Part shown: positions 50,734-62,030 of the stretch, piece after piece
Layout: each line of letters opens with the position of its first letter
How positions within the stretch are numbered: the first letter of the stretch is position 1
Source of the DNA: Octopus vulgaris
Lineage: Eukaryota
Assembly (NCBI GenBank): GCA_951406725.2
Contig: OX597814.1
Location: 189,906,001-189,970,000, forward strand
Length of the DNA stretch: 64,000 bases
Direction of reading: 5' to 3'
The notes under the pieces: generated by a model
What the model was told of the DNA's origin: nothing
The model's input: the letters and a program-made list of their open reading frames with translations, nothing else
Databases searched by the model: none
Program-made: the position numbers and the translations under genes

Positions 50734-50951
50734 CGAGGGGATGCTGAAAATTTCCTGTCTTTATGGGTATCGCGAAAGGCCTAGCTAGACAACAAACATT
50801 CCGAGTTCTTTTATAGCGCTTAGAAAATCTGAAGGACAGCTAAAATAAGAGTGTGAATCTGAGAGGAGAATGTATTAAATAAAATCATAATTCACTGAAC
50901 CTCCTATATTTTTCTTTTACCGAAAGACAGGAACTTTTCATCGACACTTGT
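50734..50951 (+). mobile_element. Mariner-derived MITE
   Basis: Imperfect TIRs CGAGGGGATGCTGAAAATTTCCTG and CAGGAACTTTTCATCGACACTTG. The interior resembles the end of a mariner transposase gene. Confidence 0.55.
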
Positions 50952-50959
50952 GTCTAGGA

Positions 50960-51991
50960 GACCCAGAATTGTTTTGAAAGATCATAAAGATAACTTCTTC
51001 TCCAATCCTAAATCTAGATGGATTTGCCTTGGCAGTTCTGACCTGGACAGATTAAATAAAATTATTCAAGATAAATATATACGTAAACTTAAGGAAATAT
51101 TAAAACTAGATCCAAGAAGCCATTAACTGGTGTGATAAATCAGATAATAAAAATACAAGCAAATACATTCACTTCTATGCTAATAATAATTATTATTATA
51201 TTAATCCCATTGTGCTAAAGAGTGTACTTATATTTGCTAGGAAAATTCTAACCTCAATTTAAAATAAATTAAAGTTATTTTGGAAGCCAGGAAGTCCATT
51301 ATTTTATGATAACAACTACTGGGCCAGAAAAAATACTAATGATTTTTTTTTTACATAACTATGGGATCTACAGATTCTGCCCAAGTTACTGACTTAATGG
51401 GTGTATATACATATTATATCAATTCAATAATGAATTTCCAGATATTAAAGGCAGTCTCTATAGAGATGATACACTACTTTTTTTATTAATAGTAAATCCA
51501 ATAGAAAATTGAACTGCTATATGGAAAAATTCCATAGTTTTTTATTAGATTTGTTTATTTATCTCTATAGAAAATAAACATGATTCAGCTAATTACCTAG
51601 ATGTTAATCTGAACTTTGTTACTGACCGATAAAGTCCATAAATCCAACAGTACATCAGCTTTAATAGTAACCATTGTAGAGCAATCACAAGAACTTTGGT
51701 TAATAATATTTCGAGACGTGTTCTATATTTAACCTCTAATGAAGAAATCTTTAAAAATATTGCCGAATATTATAATGGTACCCTTAAAAATGTGTTATTG
51801 GAATAGATTAGCATATTGTAATAAAAATGAGAACTGCAATAAATTTTAATGTAATAATGGAAAATTGGTTCACAACGAAATGAGAGGATCTAATAGTGGA
51901 AATGTGAGCAATCTAATCGAAAGTAGTAATGATATGATTATCAATAGTAAAAATTTTAATAGGAAAAAGTGTAGTAAAATATCCTGTATAG

Positions 51992-52027
<36 letters not shown>

Positions 52028-52400
52028 GGATTTAAGTCTAAAGATAATAAGTATACACCACATGCCAACCCAGATACGCCTAATGATGTTAATTATAATA
52101 AAGATATTTATATTTGGTTTATTATTCCTTACGCACGGAATGAAAATACGCGTTAGTTACTGTTAATTACTGTGAATAATCCTTATTTAAGTAACTTCAA
52201 ATTTGGTTACTTCTAAAAATCTAGTATTATTTTGATATCCATCATTATAGCTTAACTCTATATCTATGAGATAATATAGGTTGTAGTTATCGTAGCACTA
52301 AGTTGCTCTTCATATTTCTTAGGGAATTCTCCCTCCGATAAACTACGTAAATAAAGAATATTTTTTTGTTAGTTACTCTAAAACAATTTTTATATCAATA
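50960..52400 (+). pseudogene. Penelope-like element RT relic (Naiad-type motifs)
   Basis: Frameshifted motifs IKVILEARKS, TMGSTDSAQVTDLMGVY (51358), LYRDD (YRDD at 51459-51470), NYLDVNLNF, YISFNSNH, SRRVLYLTSNEEIF...YY and IWFIIPY. These match the MGSYDGAE/YRDD/FLDV/SNHP/IWFNPP series of that clade. Confidence 0.85.
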
Positions 52401-52803
52401 ACTTTAAGTAAAAGAGAAGAGTTCTTATATATTACCAATATAATATTATGTTCTCATTTATATTTATATACACTTTTACTACCGTTTCTACATTAAGTAA
52501 AACCTTGATACTTAATTTATATACTTATATATTGTAATTGTATGTTATTAAAATAGCCAAAGATTGTTTTCGACCTAAACGAATTTAGGTTAATATTATT
52601 TAAGATATATAGAATTATATTTCGATAATTGTAGATTCCCTTTACTTAATTATGTTGTCCGTTATAATTTTGTTGTTTTTTTAATTGTAATTGTTATGTT
52701 GTTGAAAGGTTAATGCTCTCGCTCCTAATCGTAGGCATGTGAATTTATTATTTTTGCAACCCAGCCGTTCTTTCACACGGCATTTCGTCTGTCTTTCAAA
52801 CAA

Positions 52804-52885
52804 AAGCTCCGAAGAGACTGATTTAAATCGATATGAATTGTTTATAATTCAAATAATGTATATCAGTCGAAACAAATTTTTGAAT
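52804..52885 (+). ncRNA. Degenerate HHR downstream of the PLE RT relic
   Basis: CCGAAGA-GACTGAT[long hairpin]ATCAGTC-GAAAC. U4C and a decayed stem I/III. Confidence 0.55.
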
Positions 52886-53002
52886 AATTTTTTATGTTAT
52901 CTTATATTATATTCATATATATTATGTTATATTATAAATAAATTATTAGATTGTCAATTGAATCTCTCTATTTTATTTATTGTTTATATATATATATATA
53001 TA

Positions 53003-53052
<50 letters not shown>

Positions 53053-53068
53053 CGTGCGTGTGTGTGTG

Positions 53069-53970
53069 TTGGGTCATCCCATAAATAATGTGCTTTTTAT
53101 ACTTACTTCTTTTTCAAAATTAAGATAAACAAAGTTCTTTCTTAATCTTAAATAAACCTTCCTCCATTTTCTACAATGCCCTTCTATCTATCCGGTAGAC
53201 TTGCAAGGCCCCTCTTCTAAAATCCGAAATTCACTTGTCCGTGACGAAATATACTCATCCGCTACAGTTCTGACCTCACCTACAGAATTCATACTTTTTC
53301 GTTCCAATGATTTTGAAGACTGCGGAATAAATGAGAATCAGAGGAGACAATGTCAGGTGAATATGGTGGGTAGGGTATCGTTTCCCATTCAAACTGCTCT
53401 AGGTTTTGGAATGTTGTCCTCGCTCTATGTGGCCGAGCATTATCCTGATGGAAGAACACTTTCGTCTTGAAATCAGCGCTGGTGTCGATGAATGGTTAAA
53501 TGACCAAACTTAAGCTTCTCTGCTAGTTCCTCAACTGTTATGATTGGATTTAGTTCCAACAGGTGTTGCAGGATGTCCTCGCCGAAATCTATAGATCTTC
53601 CAGGTCGAGGTCCGTCTTCTAGGGAGAAGTGTCCGGTTCGGAATTTCTGGAACCACTGTTGACACTGAATTACACTTATTGTATGAACCCCATATACTAC
53701 ATTGATATTCCCCGCACTTTCCGTTGCGTTGTTGTCTTTATTGAACTCATAAAGCAACATATGCCGAATATGCTCCTTTGTCGCTTCCATTATAGCTTTG
53801 AAAAAATAACTGTTTATATGGAACTGCTCTCTTCAAAACTTGTGCTAAGAATAAATACAAGGTAAAATTACTACCTGCTTTTATAGCAAGTTGATGCAGA
53901 TAATTTATCCCATCCCCGTCCAACTTTTAGTTCATGCAACTGAAAAAATAGCATTATTTATGGGATGACG

Positions 53971-53973
<3 letters not shown>
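53069..53973 (-). mobile_element. Internally deleted mariner with both TIRs
   Basis: TIRs TTGGGTCATCCCATAAATAATG and CATTATTTATGGGATGACGCAA+TA. HTH ORF at 53473-53790. Downstream FHQDNARPH and DSHLFRSLQNH motifs on the minus strand. Confidence 0.92.
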
Positions 53974-54038
<65 letters not shown>

Positions 54039-54300
54039 TTATAAATAGAGGATATAATCATTAAAATGATTACATCAGTGGCTAGCCTATAAAAAAACTC
54101 GCCATATCGGTAAAATCAATTTTTAAGTATATAATTATAAAAATATAATTACAGTTAAGGTCTCTGAAGTGCCAACGCCTATACGCTAGAAGTAGGTGTC
54201 AAATGTCTACAAGCCAGTCTAAACTTTTTCTCTATTTTATTAATAATACAAGGCCGAAAGCGTGGTAATGGGCAAGAAGACTTATACAAATTTCGGATAA

Positions 54301-54360
54301 CCCTTTATCTTAAGATTTCGTGTACTGTATTACAAAATTGCTTTACACTCTTCAGTAGAG
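54301..54360 (-). ncRNA. HHR-like motif (left arm)
   Basis: Minus strand: CTCTA-CTGAAGA-GTGTA...TACAC-GAAA-TCTTAAGAT-A-AAGGG. Palindromic ATCTTAAGAT stem III. Stem I is imperfect. Confidence 0.6.
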
Positions 54361-54994
54361 ATACGCCAACAATATAAAAGCGAAAAATACATATACATAC
54401 CGATAAATATTTGCGTACAGATACCGATATACACATGCATTTCCCGCATATATATTACATCTAATCGACTATCTTAGCCGTGTGGTTAATGTCAGAAATC
54501 ATGCCGAGGGGAATATAGTACCACAGCAAAATATAATGACTAGAGAACTCGAAATTATATATATTTATAGAGGATATAATCATTAAAATGATTATATCAA
54601 TGGCTAGCGTATAAAAAAAACTCCACCATATCGGTAAAATTAATTTTAAGTATATTTTATACTCCAGCGCCCTTAATTATAATTATATTTTTATAATTAT
54701 AAACTTAAAAATTAATTTTATCGATATGTTGGACTTTTTTACGCTAGCCATAGATACAATCATTTTAATGATTATATACTCTATTTATAAGCATACATAA
54801 TTTTGAATTCTCTATTCATTATATTTCGCTGCAGTGCTATATACATCCCGGCATGATTACTGACATTAACCCCATGGCAGAGATGGGCGATTAGATATAA
54901 TGTATATTCGGGAAATGCATGTATATATTGGTATCTGTACGCAAAAGTTTATCGGTTTCTGTATGTATTTTTCGCTTATATATTGTCGGTGTAT

Positions 54995-55054
54995 CTTTAC
55001 TGAGGAGTGTAAAGTAATTTAGTATTACAAAACACGAAATCTTAAGATAAAGGG
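54995..55054 (+). ncRNA. HHR-like motif (right arm)
   Basis: CTTTA-CTGAGGA-GTGT...ACAC-GAAA-TCTTAAGAT-A-AAGGG. The two cores differ only at the free N7 position. Confidence 0.6.
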
Positions 55055-55219
55055 TTATCCGAAATTTTTGTAAATCTGCTTACCCAATACCACGCATTCG
55101 GCCTTGAATTATTAATAAGATAGAGAACAAGTTTAGAGTGACTCGTATACATTTGACATCTATTTCTAGCGTATAGGCGTTGGCACTTCAGCGCCCTTGA
55201 TTTTAATTATATTTTTTTA

Positions 55220-55256
<37 letters not shown>

Positions 55257-55359
55257 TCGAAACGTAAAAGACTTTTAACTTTTTTTCCAGAGCGTTAAAA
55301 GACTACACCTGCTTGTTGTTCGTACACCTGTCTTCGTCTTTTGTTTTTCTGTAAATTTG

Positions 55360-55397
<38 letters not shown>

Positions 55398-55461
55398 CAA
55401 GACAGGTGTACGAACAACAAGCAGGTGTAGTCGTTTAATGCTCTGGAAAAAAAGGTAAAAG

Positions 55462-55499
55462 CCTTTTACGTTTCGAGCATACGCTTTTCGACAGAAAGG
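55462..55499 (-). ncRNA. Minimal hammerhead-like motif, CUGUCGA core, in the 3' region of a GIY-YIG PLE relic
   Basis: Minus strand: CCTTT-CTGTCGA-A-AAGC-GTAT-GCTC-GAAAC-GTA-AAAGG. Partial inverted copy at about 55255-55345. Confidence 0.7.
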
Positions 55500-56235
55500 A
55501 ATAAGAAGAAAAAATGGAGAGAGAATGATAAAAAATCGGAGGCAGAAAAATTGTGTAGAGTTCAGCGGTCAAACATGCCGAAATGACTGGAAAAAAAAGG
55601 TTGAATGAAAGGAAGATAATAATGGTGACCCTCCGATGAACTAAGGTGCACAAGCGTATGCGACTAGGTGAGAATGGTGTGTGTGAGTGTGTATGTGTGT
55701 ATGTGTCAATGGGTGTGAGTAAATCTAACGTGTATGCGCGCGTGTATAACGTGTGCGTGTGTGTATTATTTTTAGCAGTTGATGAGTATTTTTAAAGTGG
55801 TGTGTGCACATGTGTATGTGTGTGTGTGTCTGTGACCAAATAGTGTGCATGTGTATAGTGTATGTTTATGGGCAAAAGTTATCCTTGTCTATGCGTGTTG
55901 CGTGTGTCTATGCATGTTATGTGTGTGCACATATATTATCCGTGTTCCTGTATTATGTGCTTCTGTGGATGTGGGAGTATATATTGTCTATGTTCAGGTA
56001 TTATGTGCTTGTGTGGGTGTGGGAGTGTGTATGATAGTATGTGGTGTGCGTACTGGGTTAAACAGTGGGAAGGTGTTGTGGATGTTTGTGTAATGGTGTG
56101 TGGAGTGCTGAGTTTAACAGTGTGTATAGCTGCGTGTATAATGGTGCGTGTGGTGAGGGTACCGATGTGAGCGGTAAGCAGGTATGTAGACGGAGGGGCA
56201 GTTGATTGTAGGAGACGTGTGAGAATCGATATGGG

Positions 56236-56590
56236 GTTGGTGTCAGATGAAGAGAGGAGGTGAGTTAAGTCAATATGGCGCAAAGGAACGAAGAGAGATT
56301 AATTTCTGTTCACGGCGAAGGTGGAAGTCCAGGTGGCCCCTGTGCAGAGACAGTCCGAATACAGACAAATGTTGAAGCGAATGACCGGTAGAGCGGACAT
56401 GACACGACACCGGGGTATAATTGCTGAGTATGATGTCTCGGAGGTGCTCCACGAAACGGTCGGTCAAGCAACGTCCCGTTTGACCAATGTACAGAGAAGG
56501 ACAGAGCAGGCGATGCAGTAAATAACATAGCTAGCGATGCAGGTAAAGGAGTCAGCGACGTGATAGGGATGGTGATGTTTGTCTGTGATG
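56236..56590 (-). pseudogene. Penelope-like element GIY-YIG endonuclease relic (Neptune-type)
   Basis: DSFTCIASYVIYCIAC, frameshift, then YIGQTGRCLTDRFVEHLRDI....PVSCH.....HS......G...........RREQKLI. Confidence 0.9.
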
Positions 56591-57319
56591 AGGGTGGTGT
56601 ATGTATGTATATATACGTATATGTATGTGTGTATGTACGTATGCATGCATGCACTTACCAGCGCAAGTATGTACGCACGTATGTGACCGTGTATACAGTT
56701 TCTATTTACTAAAATCCTTCTTCGACAGGAGTTTGTTTCTTACAAAAAAGTGCCATATCTAGATTCCGGCAAACAGCAACGATAACTGATTCACTTTGAA
56801 CTTTAGAAAAATCTTGCATATTTTTCTACTCTGCTGTCTCATTATGTTAACCGGTTTCTTTCTTTACTTGAAAATTCAAGCGCTTCTGCATTATAACTTA
56901 AACATCTGCTAATATAATCAAGTTCATCAATGATTACTATGGCATAAATATGAACTTATAATCATAACTAGCCAACTATTAAATATTTACTCGTTACTTT
57001 TAATAAGTTACTCCTTATTTCTATTGGTCTTTCTTGGCCCTGTGGTCATTAAAGATGCGTTAAAATATTCCTTTGTCATATTCGGATATTTTACTCTTCG
57101 CTAAACCCATTCAACGGTTTTATCGCTTTGAAATCTGGATTTTCTACACCTGAAGAATTTCAATATCCTTTAAGACACGTATCTGACAGTATAGATAGCC
57201 TAAAGCTCGGATTCTGTGTGACGATGGAAATACCCCATCTTTCAACCATCCCAAGACCACAAATGTATGCATGCATGCATGTATGTATGTATGTATACAC
57301 ACACACATGCACAGATACG

Positions 57320-57413
<94 letters not shown>

Positions 57414-57846
57414 TGTTTCTTTATCAGCCACACAGAGCTGGACACAGAGGGGACAAATTACAAAGTAGAGCCTTTCGTTTCGGGGAGTGAAAAAAGGGGG
57501 GTAAGTTTCCGATCAAAAGGGATCGTAAAAAAAATTATCAGTAGGGATCGTGTATCACAGAAATGTTATGATGTAAAGTGTAAATGGAGAAACAGATAAG
57601 GTTTATCCGTCGAAAGAAAAGCCTGCGGAAAAGACCACGGTAACCTCGGTTAATAATGTCACATGTTAACACATTTATTTGTAAGTAAATCTTTGTTTTA
57701 ATTTTTTCCGGGTTCATAGGATTATGCTCTAGGTGGCTTCGTCATTCATACGTGCCATCCTTGCTACATTCACCCATCTATTTTTGAAACATTCACCAGA
57801 CAAAACTTGCCTCTCTACTCTCACCTTCCTCCTCGAGTGATACTTG

Positions 57847-57848
<2 letters not shown>
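57414..57848 (-). mobile_element. 5'-truncated LINE 3' end (L1/Tx1-like) inserted in (GATA)n
   Basis: Flanked by (GATA)n at 57321-57413 and 57849-57933. Minus strand FKYHSRRKVRVERQVLSGECFKNRWVNVARM, then a UTR ending TTTGTCCCCTCTGTGTCCAGCTCTGTGTGGCTGATAAAGAAAC. Confidence 0.65.
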
Positions 57849-57933
<85 letters not shown>

Positions 57934-58225
57934 GTAACGTATTATGTATTAGGCAAAATTAAGGTGGTGAGCTAGCAAAATCTTAGCGCGCCGAATAAAT
58001 TGCTTAGCGACAATTCGCCTATCTTTACGTTCTTAGTTTCAATTCCGTCGAGGTCGACTTTGCCTTTCATCGCTTTCTGGATTGATAAAATTTTATTTTA
58101 TTACCAGTTAAGCTTAACTCTCGAGTTAATCGGCTAAGCCCCCCTCCCAATATTCCAGGCTTTGTGCCTGTAGTACAAACGATTATATTAAGAAGAATAT
58201 ATTACATATATATATATTTTTTATA

Positions 58226-58846
58226 TTTTTACTTGTTTCAGTCTTTGGAATGTGCCCATGCTGGGGCACGGTCTTGAAGAATTTTAGTCGAATGAATCGA
58301 CTCCAGCACATTAAAATTTTTTTTTAATTTTTGTACATACTCTATTGACTCTTGCCGGATCGCTTGCTTACGGGGACATAAACACACCAACAACGGTTGT
58401 CAAGCTTTGGTGGGGACAAACACAGACATACAGTCACTCGTGGACGCACACACACTTGTATGTATGTGTGTATATATATATATGTATATGTATGCATATG
58501 TATGTGTGTGTGTATAAATTAGAAAAAACCCAACTTTTATCAATTCAACAATGAAATAGAAAAGAATGAAATATATAATAAAAACATATATGGTATAATT
58601 TAATTAATTTCACTGTTGAATTGATAAAAGGTAGGTTTTTCTAATTCATATACATATGTTATAATTTGTGAAATTTGATTTAGTATTACTAATTTGAGTT
58701 TTTCCCTGTAAGTTTGGAATAATATTCCCTAATATATATATATATATACAGAACGGGCTTCTTTCAGTTTCCGTCTACCAAAACCATTCATAAAGCTTTG
58801 GTTGGCCCGAGGCTAGAGTAGAAGGTACTTGCCCAACGTGCCACGC
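58226..58846 (-). mobile_element. SINE family B interrupted in its internal microsatellite by a PLE-like fragment (58515-58735)
   Basis: Family B halves on each side. The insert has a small inverted repeat (58515-58555 and 58607-58650) and an end resembling the reverse complement of 35063-35110. Confidence 0.75.
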
Positions 58847-59251
58847 ATAGAAGATGGATGATGGATAGCAGAACCCGTAGATCGACGGCCAAATATCTTT
58901 CCACGCTTTGTTATGTCACCTAACGTTCAAATTCACATAAAAGTAACAGAAACGATATACTGGAACCGATGTAGTATATTAGGATACATATGTCACCTTA
59001 GTTTGTGCCCTTTGCCTATGCTATAAATATTTTATAAAAGAGTTTTTATATACCAATACTATGAATAGCATTTTATACAATATATATATATATACTATAA
59101 AAGGGGATATTATATTTTGGAGATATATTATGAAAGACTGGTCATACATATATGTATATATTATTATTGATTAATGGTAATATACATAATAATAGGTTTC
59201 AATTTCTCCTCGCTTTCCCAATCTCTCTCTTTCTCTCCCGCTTTAAATGTA

Positions 59252-59294
<43 letters not shown>

Positions 59295-60104
59295 CAATCT
59301 GCCTAATATATGCCTGCCGGGCAATCATGTTTCAACGTAAAATAGAAGCCATTAATACACAATATATGATTGAAATCTAACCTTATTAGCGAAATTAAAA
59401 GACAATTGTATATCGGATAGTTAGTTCAAACAAATGGTACGGCGGTCTCTGTATGGGTTCGGTATTCTATCAAAGGAATTCTTAATAAGGAAACACTTCG
59501 TTACAAATGAGAACTATAGCCTACATACATATACATAGCCATACATATCCATACATACAACATAGACATACATACAAACAGATATACATAAATACATACG
59601 TATATGCATGTGTGGTGTGTGTGAAATTTCTTGATGAAATTTAACGTAAAATGCTTGCAGACATATCAACTTCGGGGCAACTGCTGCCATTTATTGCTAA
59701 AATACCAAACGGAGCAAAAAATCAGATTATTTCAAGGGAAAAAAAAATTCTAAAAGAAATTATTCTATGTATCTTTCGTACCGTCTATGCTTGCGTGTGC
59801 GTGCGTGCATGTGTGTGTTTGTACACCCTGTGTGCACATGTGAGTGTGTATTTGTCTGTACCTTTGTGCTTATACACATACATCATCAGGTGTGTCTCTA
59901 TAGATGCTTCTACCTGTACAATCTATAAAATTATAGTGTTTCCATTCTCAGGGATCCACTGTCGCTTTTTAAGAACTGTTTCTCTGAGAGTATTGCCTGT
60001 CTTTCTCTCTGCTTTCCATATGTCTGTCTCTACTCTTACATTCATACATACATAAATTGATACATACACACACACACACACACGCGCACATACATACTCA
60101 AATT

Positions 60105-60160
<56 letters not shown>

Positions 60161-60285
60161 CATGTACACATACATATATATATATATATATACATATATA
60201 TATACACACACATATATATATATATATGTAGATATAAATGTACATATGCATATGTATATAGTTATATATGTATGCATATGTATAT

Positions 60286-60357
60286 GCCGTGATCATCTAG
60301 TGGTTAGGACCCCACGTTGTGGCCGTGCTAACCCAGGTTCGAATCCTGGTCACGGCA
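60286..60357 (+). tRNA. tRNA-His(GTG), probably a pseudogene or variant
   Basis: GCCGTGATCATCTAGTGGTTAGGACCCCACGTTGTGGCCGTGCTAACCCAGGTTCGAATCCTGGTCACGGCA. Perfect acceptor and T stems. One mismatch each in the D stem (A-C) and anticodon stem (C-C). No T4 terminator immediately downstream. Confidence 0.88.
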
Positions 60358-60463
60358 GCCTCCCTATAATTTAGAATGGCGGTGCCCCAGTATGGCCACA
60401 GCAAGTGGGCTGAAACTAGATGAAATGAAATGAAATATATACAACACACACACATAAACACAC

Positions 60464-60551
<88 letters not shown>

Positions 60552-60582
60552 GACAGACAGACGACAGACAGACAAACAGACT

Positions 60583-60667
<85 letters not shown>

Positions 60668-61071
60668 TTAGACGAACATATATACATGCATGCATACATA
60701 CATACCTCTATGCATCACAAACATGTAATACCCAAAAGTATATCAACCATAAAAACATTAATTTCAATGAATTGAACACAAGCCCAAAATATACGGGTGA
60801 AACTAAATATGTAACCTTGCGTCTATTCTGCTGACCAAAAACTTTAATTATCTAAATTGCCTTGATGACGTTCACTATGAGACAGTGGCTAACAGGGGAT
60901 CAAGGGGCGCAACCGCTCCTCACGATCCTATCTTTTAAAATTGGCGTCTGTTCGACAATTATTTTTTAACTCTTTAGTTACCTACAGCAGTAGTTGTAAG
61001 TTTCATACGTAATGACATAGTTACTGAATCATTAAATTAATGAATATAATGTATATTATAATTAGAGATAT

Positions 61072-61187
61072 TTTGCCAAATCACGTTGAAAACGCCAGTT
61101 CTCGTTCGATCACCGAAGTTAAGCAACGTTCGAGCCTAGTTAGTTATTAGATTGGTGACCGCTTGGGAAACCGAGGTGCAGTAAACA
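61072..61187 (+). rRNA. 5S rRNA-like copy (likely pseudogene)
   Basis: GCCAAATCACGTTGAAAACGCCAGTTCTCGTTCGATCACCGAAGTTAAGCAACG..GAGCC..GTTAGT..GGTGACCGCTTGGGAA..GGTGCAGTAAACA followed by T6. The first few 5' nucleotides do not pair with the 3' end. Confidence 0.88.
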
Positions 61188-61201
61188 TTTTTTATTCCTA
61201 G

Positions 61202-61545
61202 TGGGGTTGCATGGATTAATGGTTAGAGTGTCGGACTCACAATCATGCGGTAGAAAGTTCGATTCCTGGACCGCGCCGCGTGTTGTGTTCTTGAGCAAGA
61301 CACTTTATTTCAGGTTTTTCCAGTTCACTCAGCTGTAGAAATGAGTTGCAATGTCACTGGTGCCAAGCAGTATCGGACCCTTTGCCTTTCCCTTAGATAA
61401 CATCGGTGGTGTGGAGAGGGGAGGCTGGTATGCATGGTCAGTTGTTGGTCTTCCATAAACAACCTTGCCCGGACTTGTGCCTCAGAGGGGAAATTTCTAA
61501 GTGCAAACTCATGCTCATTTATGATCGAAGGGGTTCTTTACCCTT
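61202..61545 (+). mobile_element. tRNA-derived SINE family D (Meta-domain-like)
   Basis: TGG..TAATGGTTAGAG A-box, GTTCGATTCC B-box, GTGTTGTGTTCTTGAGCAAGACACTTT and CACTCAGCTGTAGAAATGAGT. Confidence 0.7.
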
Positions 61546-61858
61546 ATTTCGCGTAATGTAAGAGAAATGAGCCTAGCGACATTTCATTTATCTTTATGTT
61601 CTGAGTTCAAAATCCACCAAGGTCGTCTTTTCCTTTCATCCTTTCGGGGTCAACAAACTAAGTACTAGTAGTGTACTGGGGTAGATGTAATCGACTTACC
61701 TTTCCCCCCCAAAGTTACTAGCCTTGTGCCAAAATCTGAAACCAATACAAGAGAAATGAGCGAAGAGAAAATTGCTTGATGTGTATCTCGCGGCCTTTTT
61801 TTTTAGGTGCCTGCTCCTCCTAACTTTAGAACAGTAATTTGATTGCCAAACTTTTTTT

Positions 61859-62030
61859 CAGTTCTATATTTAAGAGATGAGGAATTATGTGCATCATTTA
61901 CATTATTTACATTCGATGGATATTTGTCCTCATCTTGTTTGTTGTTAACACGTTTCGGTTGATATACCCTCCAGCCTTCTTCAGGTGTCTTGGGGAAATT
62001 TCAAACCTTGGTTCTCATTCCTAAGGTATC
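61859..62030 (-). mobile_element. PLE-like 3' fragment with defective HHR (61947-61989)
   Basis: Minus strand: GACAC-CTGAAGA-A-GGCTG..CAACC-GAAAC-GTGTT. Stem I GACAC/GTGTT is present but the cleavage triplet is missing. Confidence 0.6.

Larger units (their letters stand above)
54037..55222. mobile_element. Tandem plus inverted PLE pseudo-LTR-like complex between (TA)n tracts
   Basis: 54040-54135 is repeated at about 54565-54655. 54130-54655 is inverted (diverged) at about 54690-55222. One HHR-like motif per arm. Confidence 0.85.
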
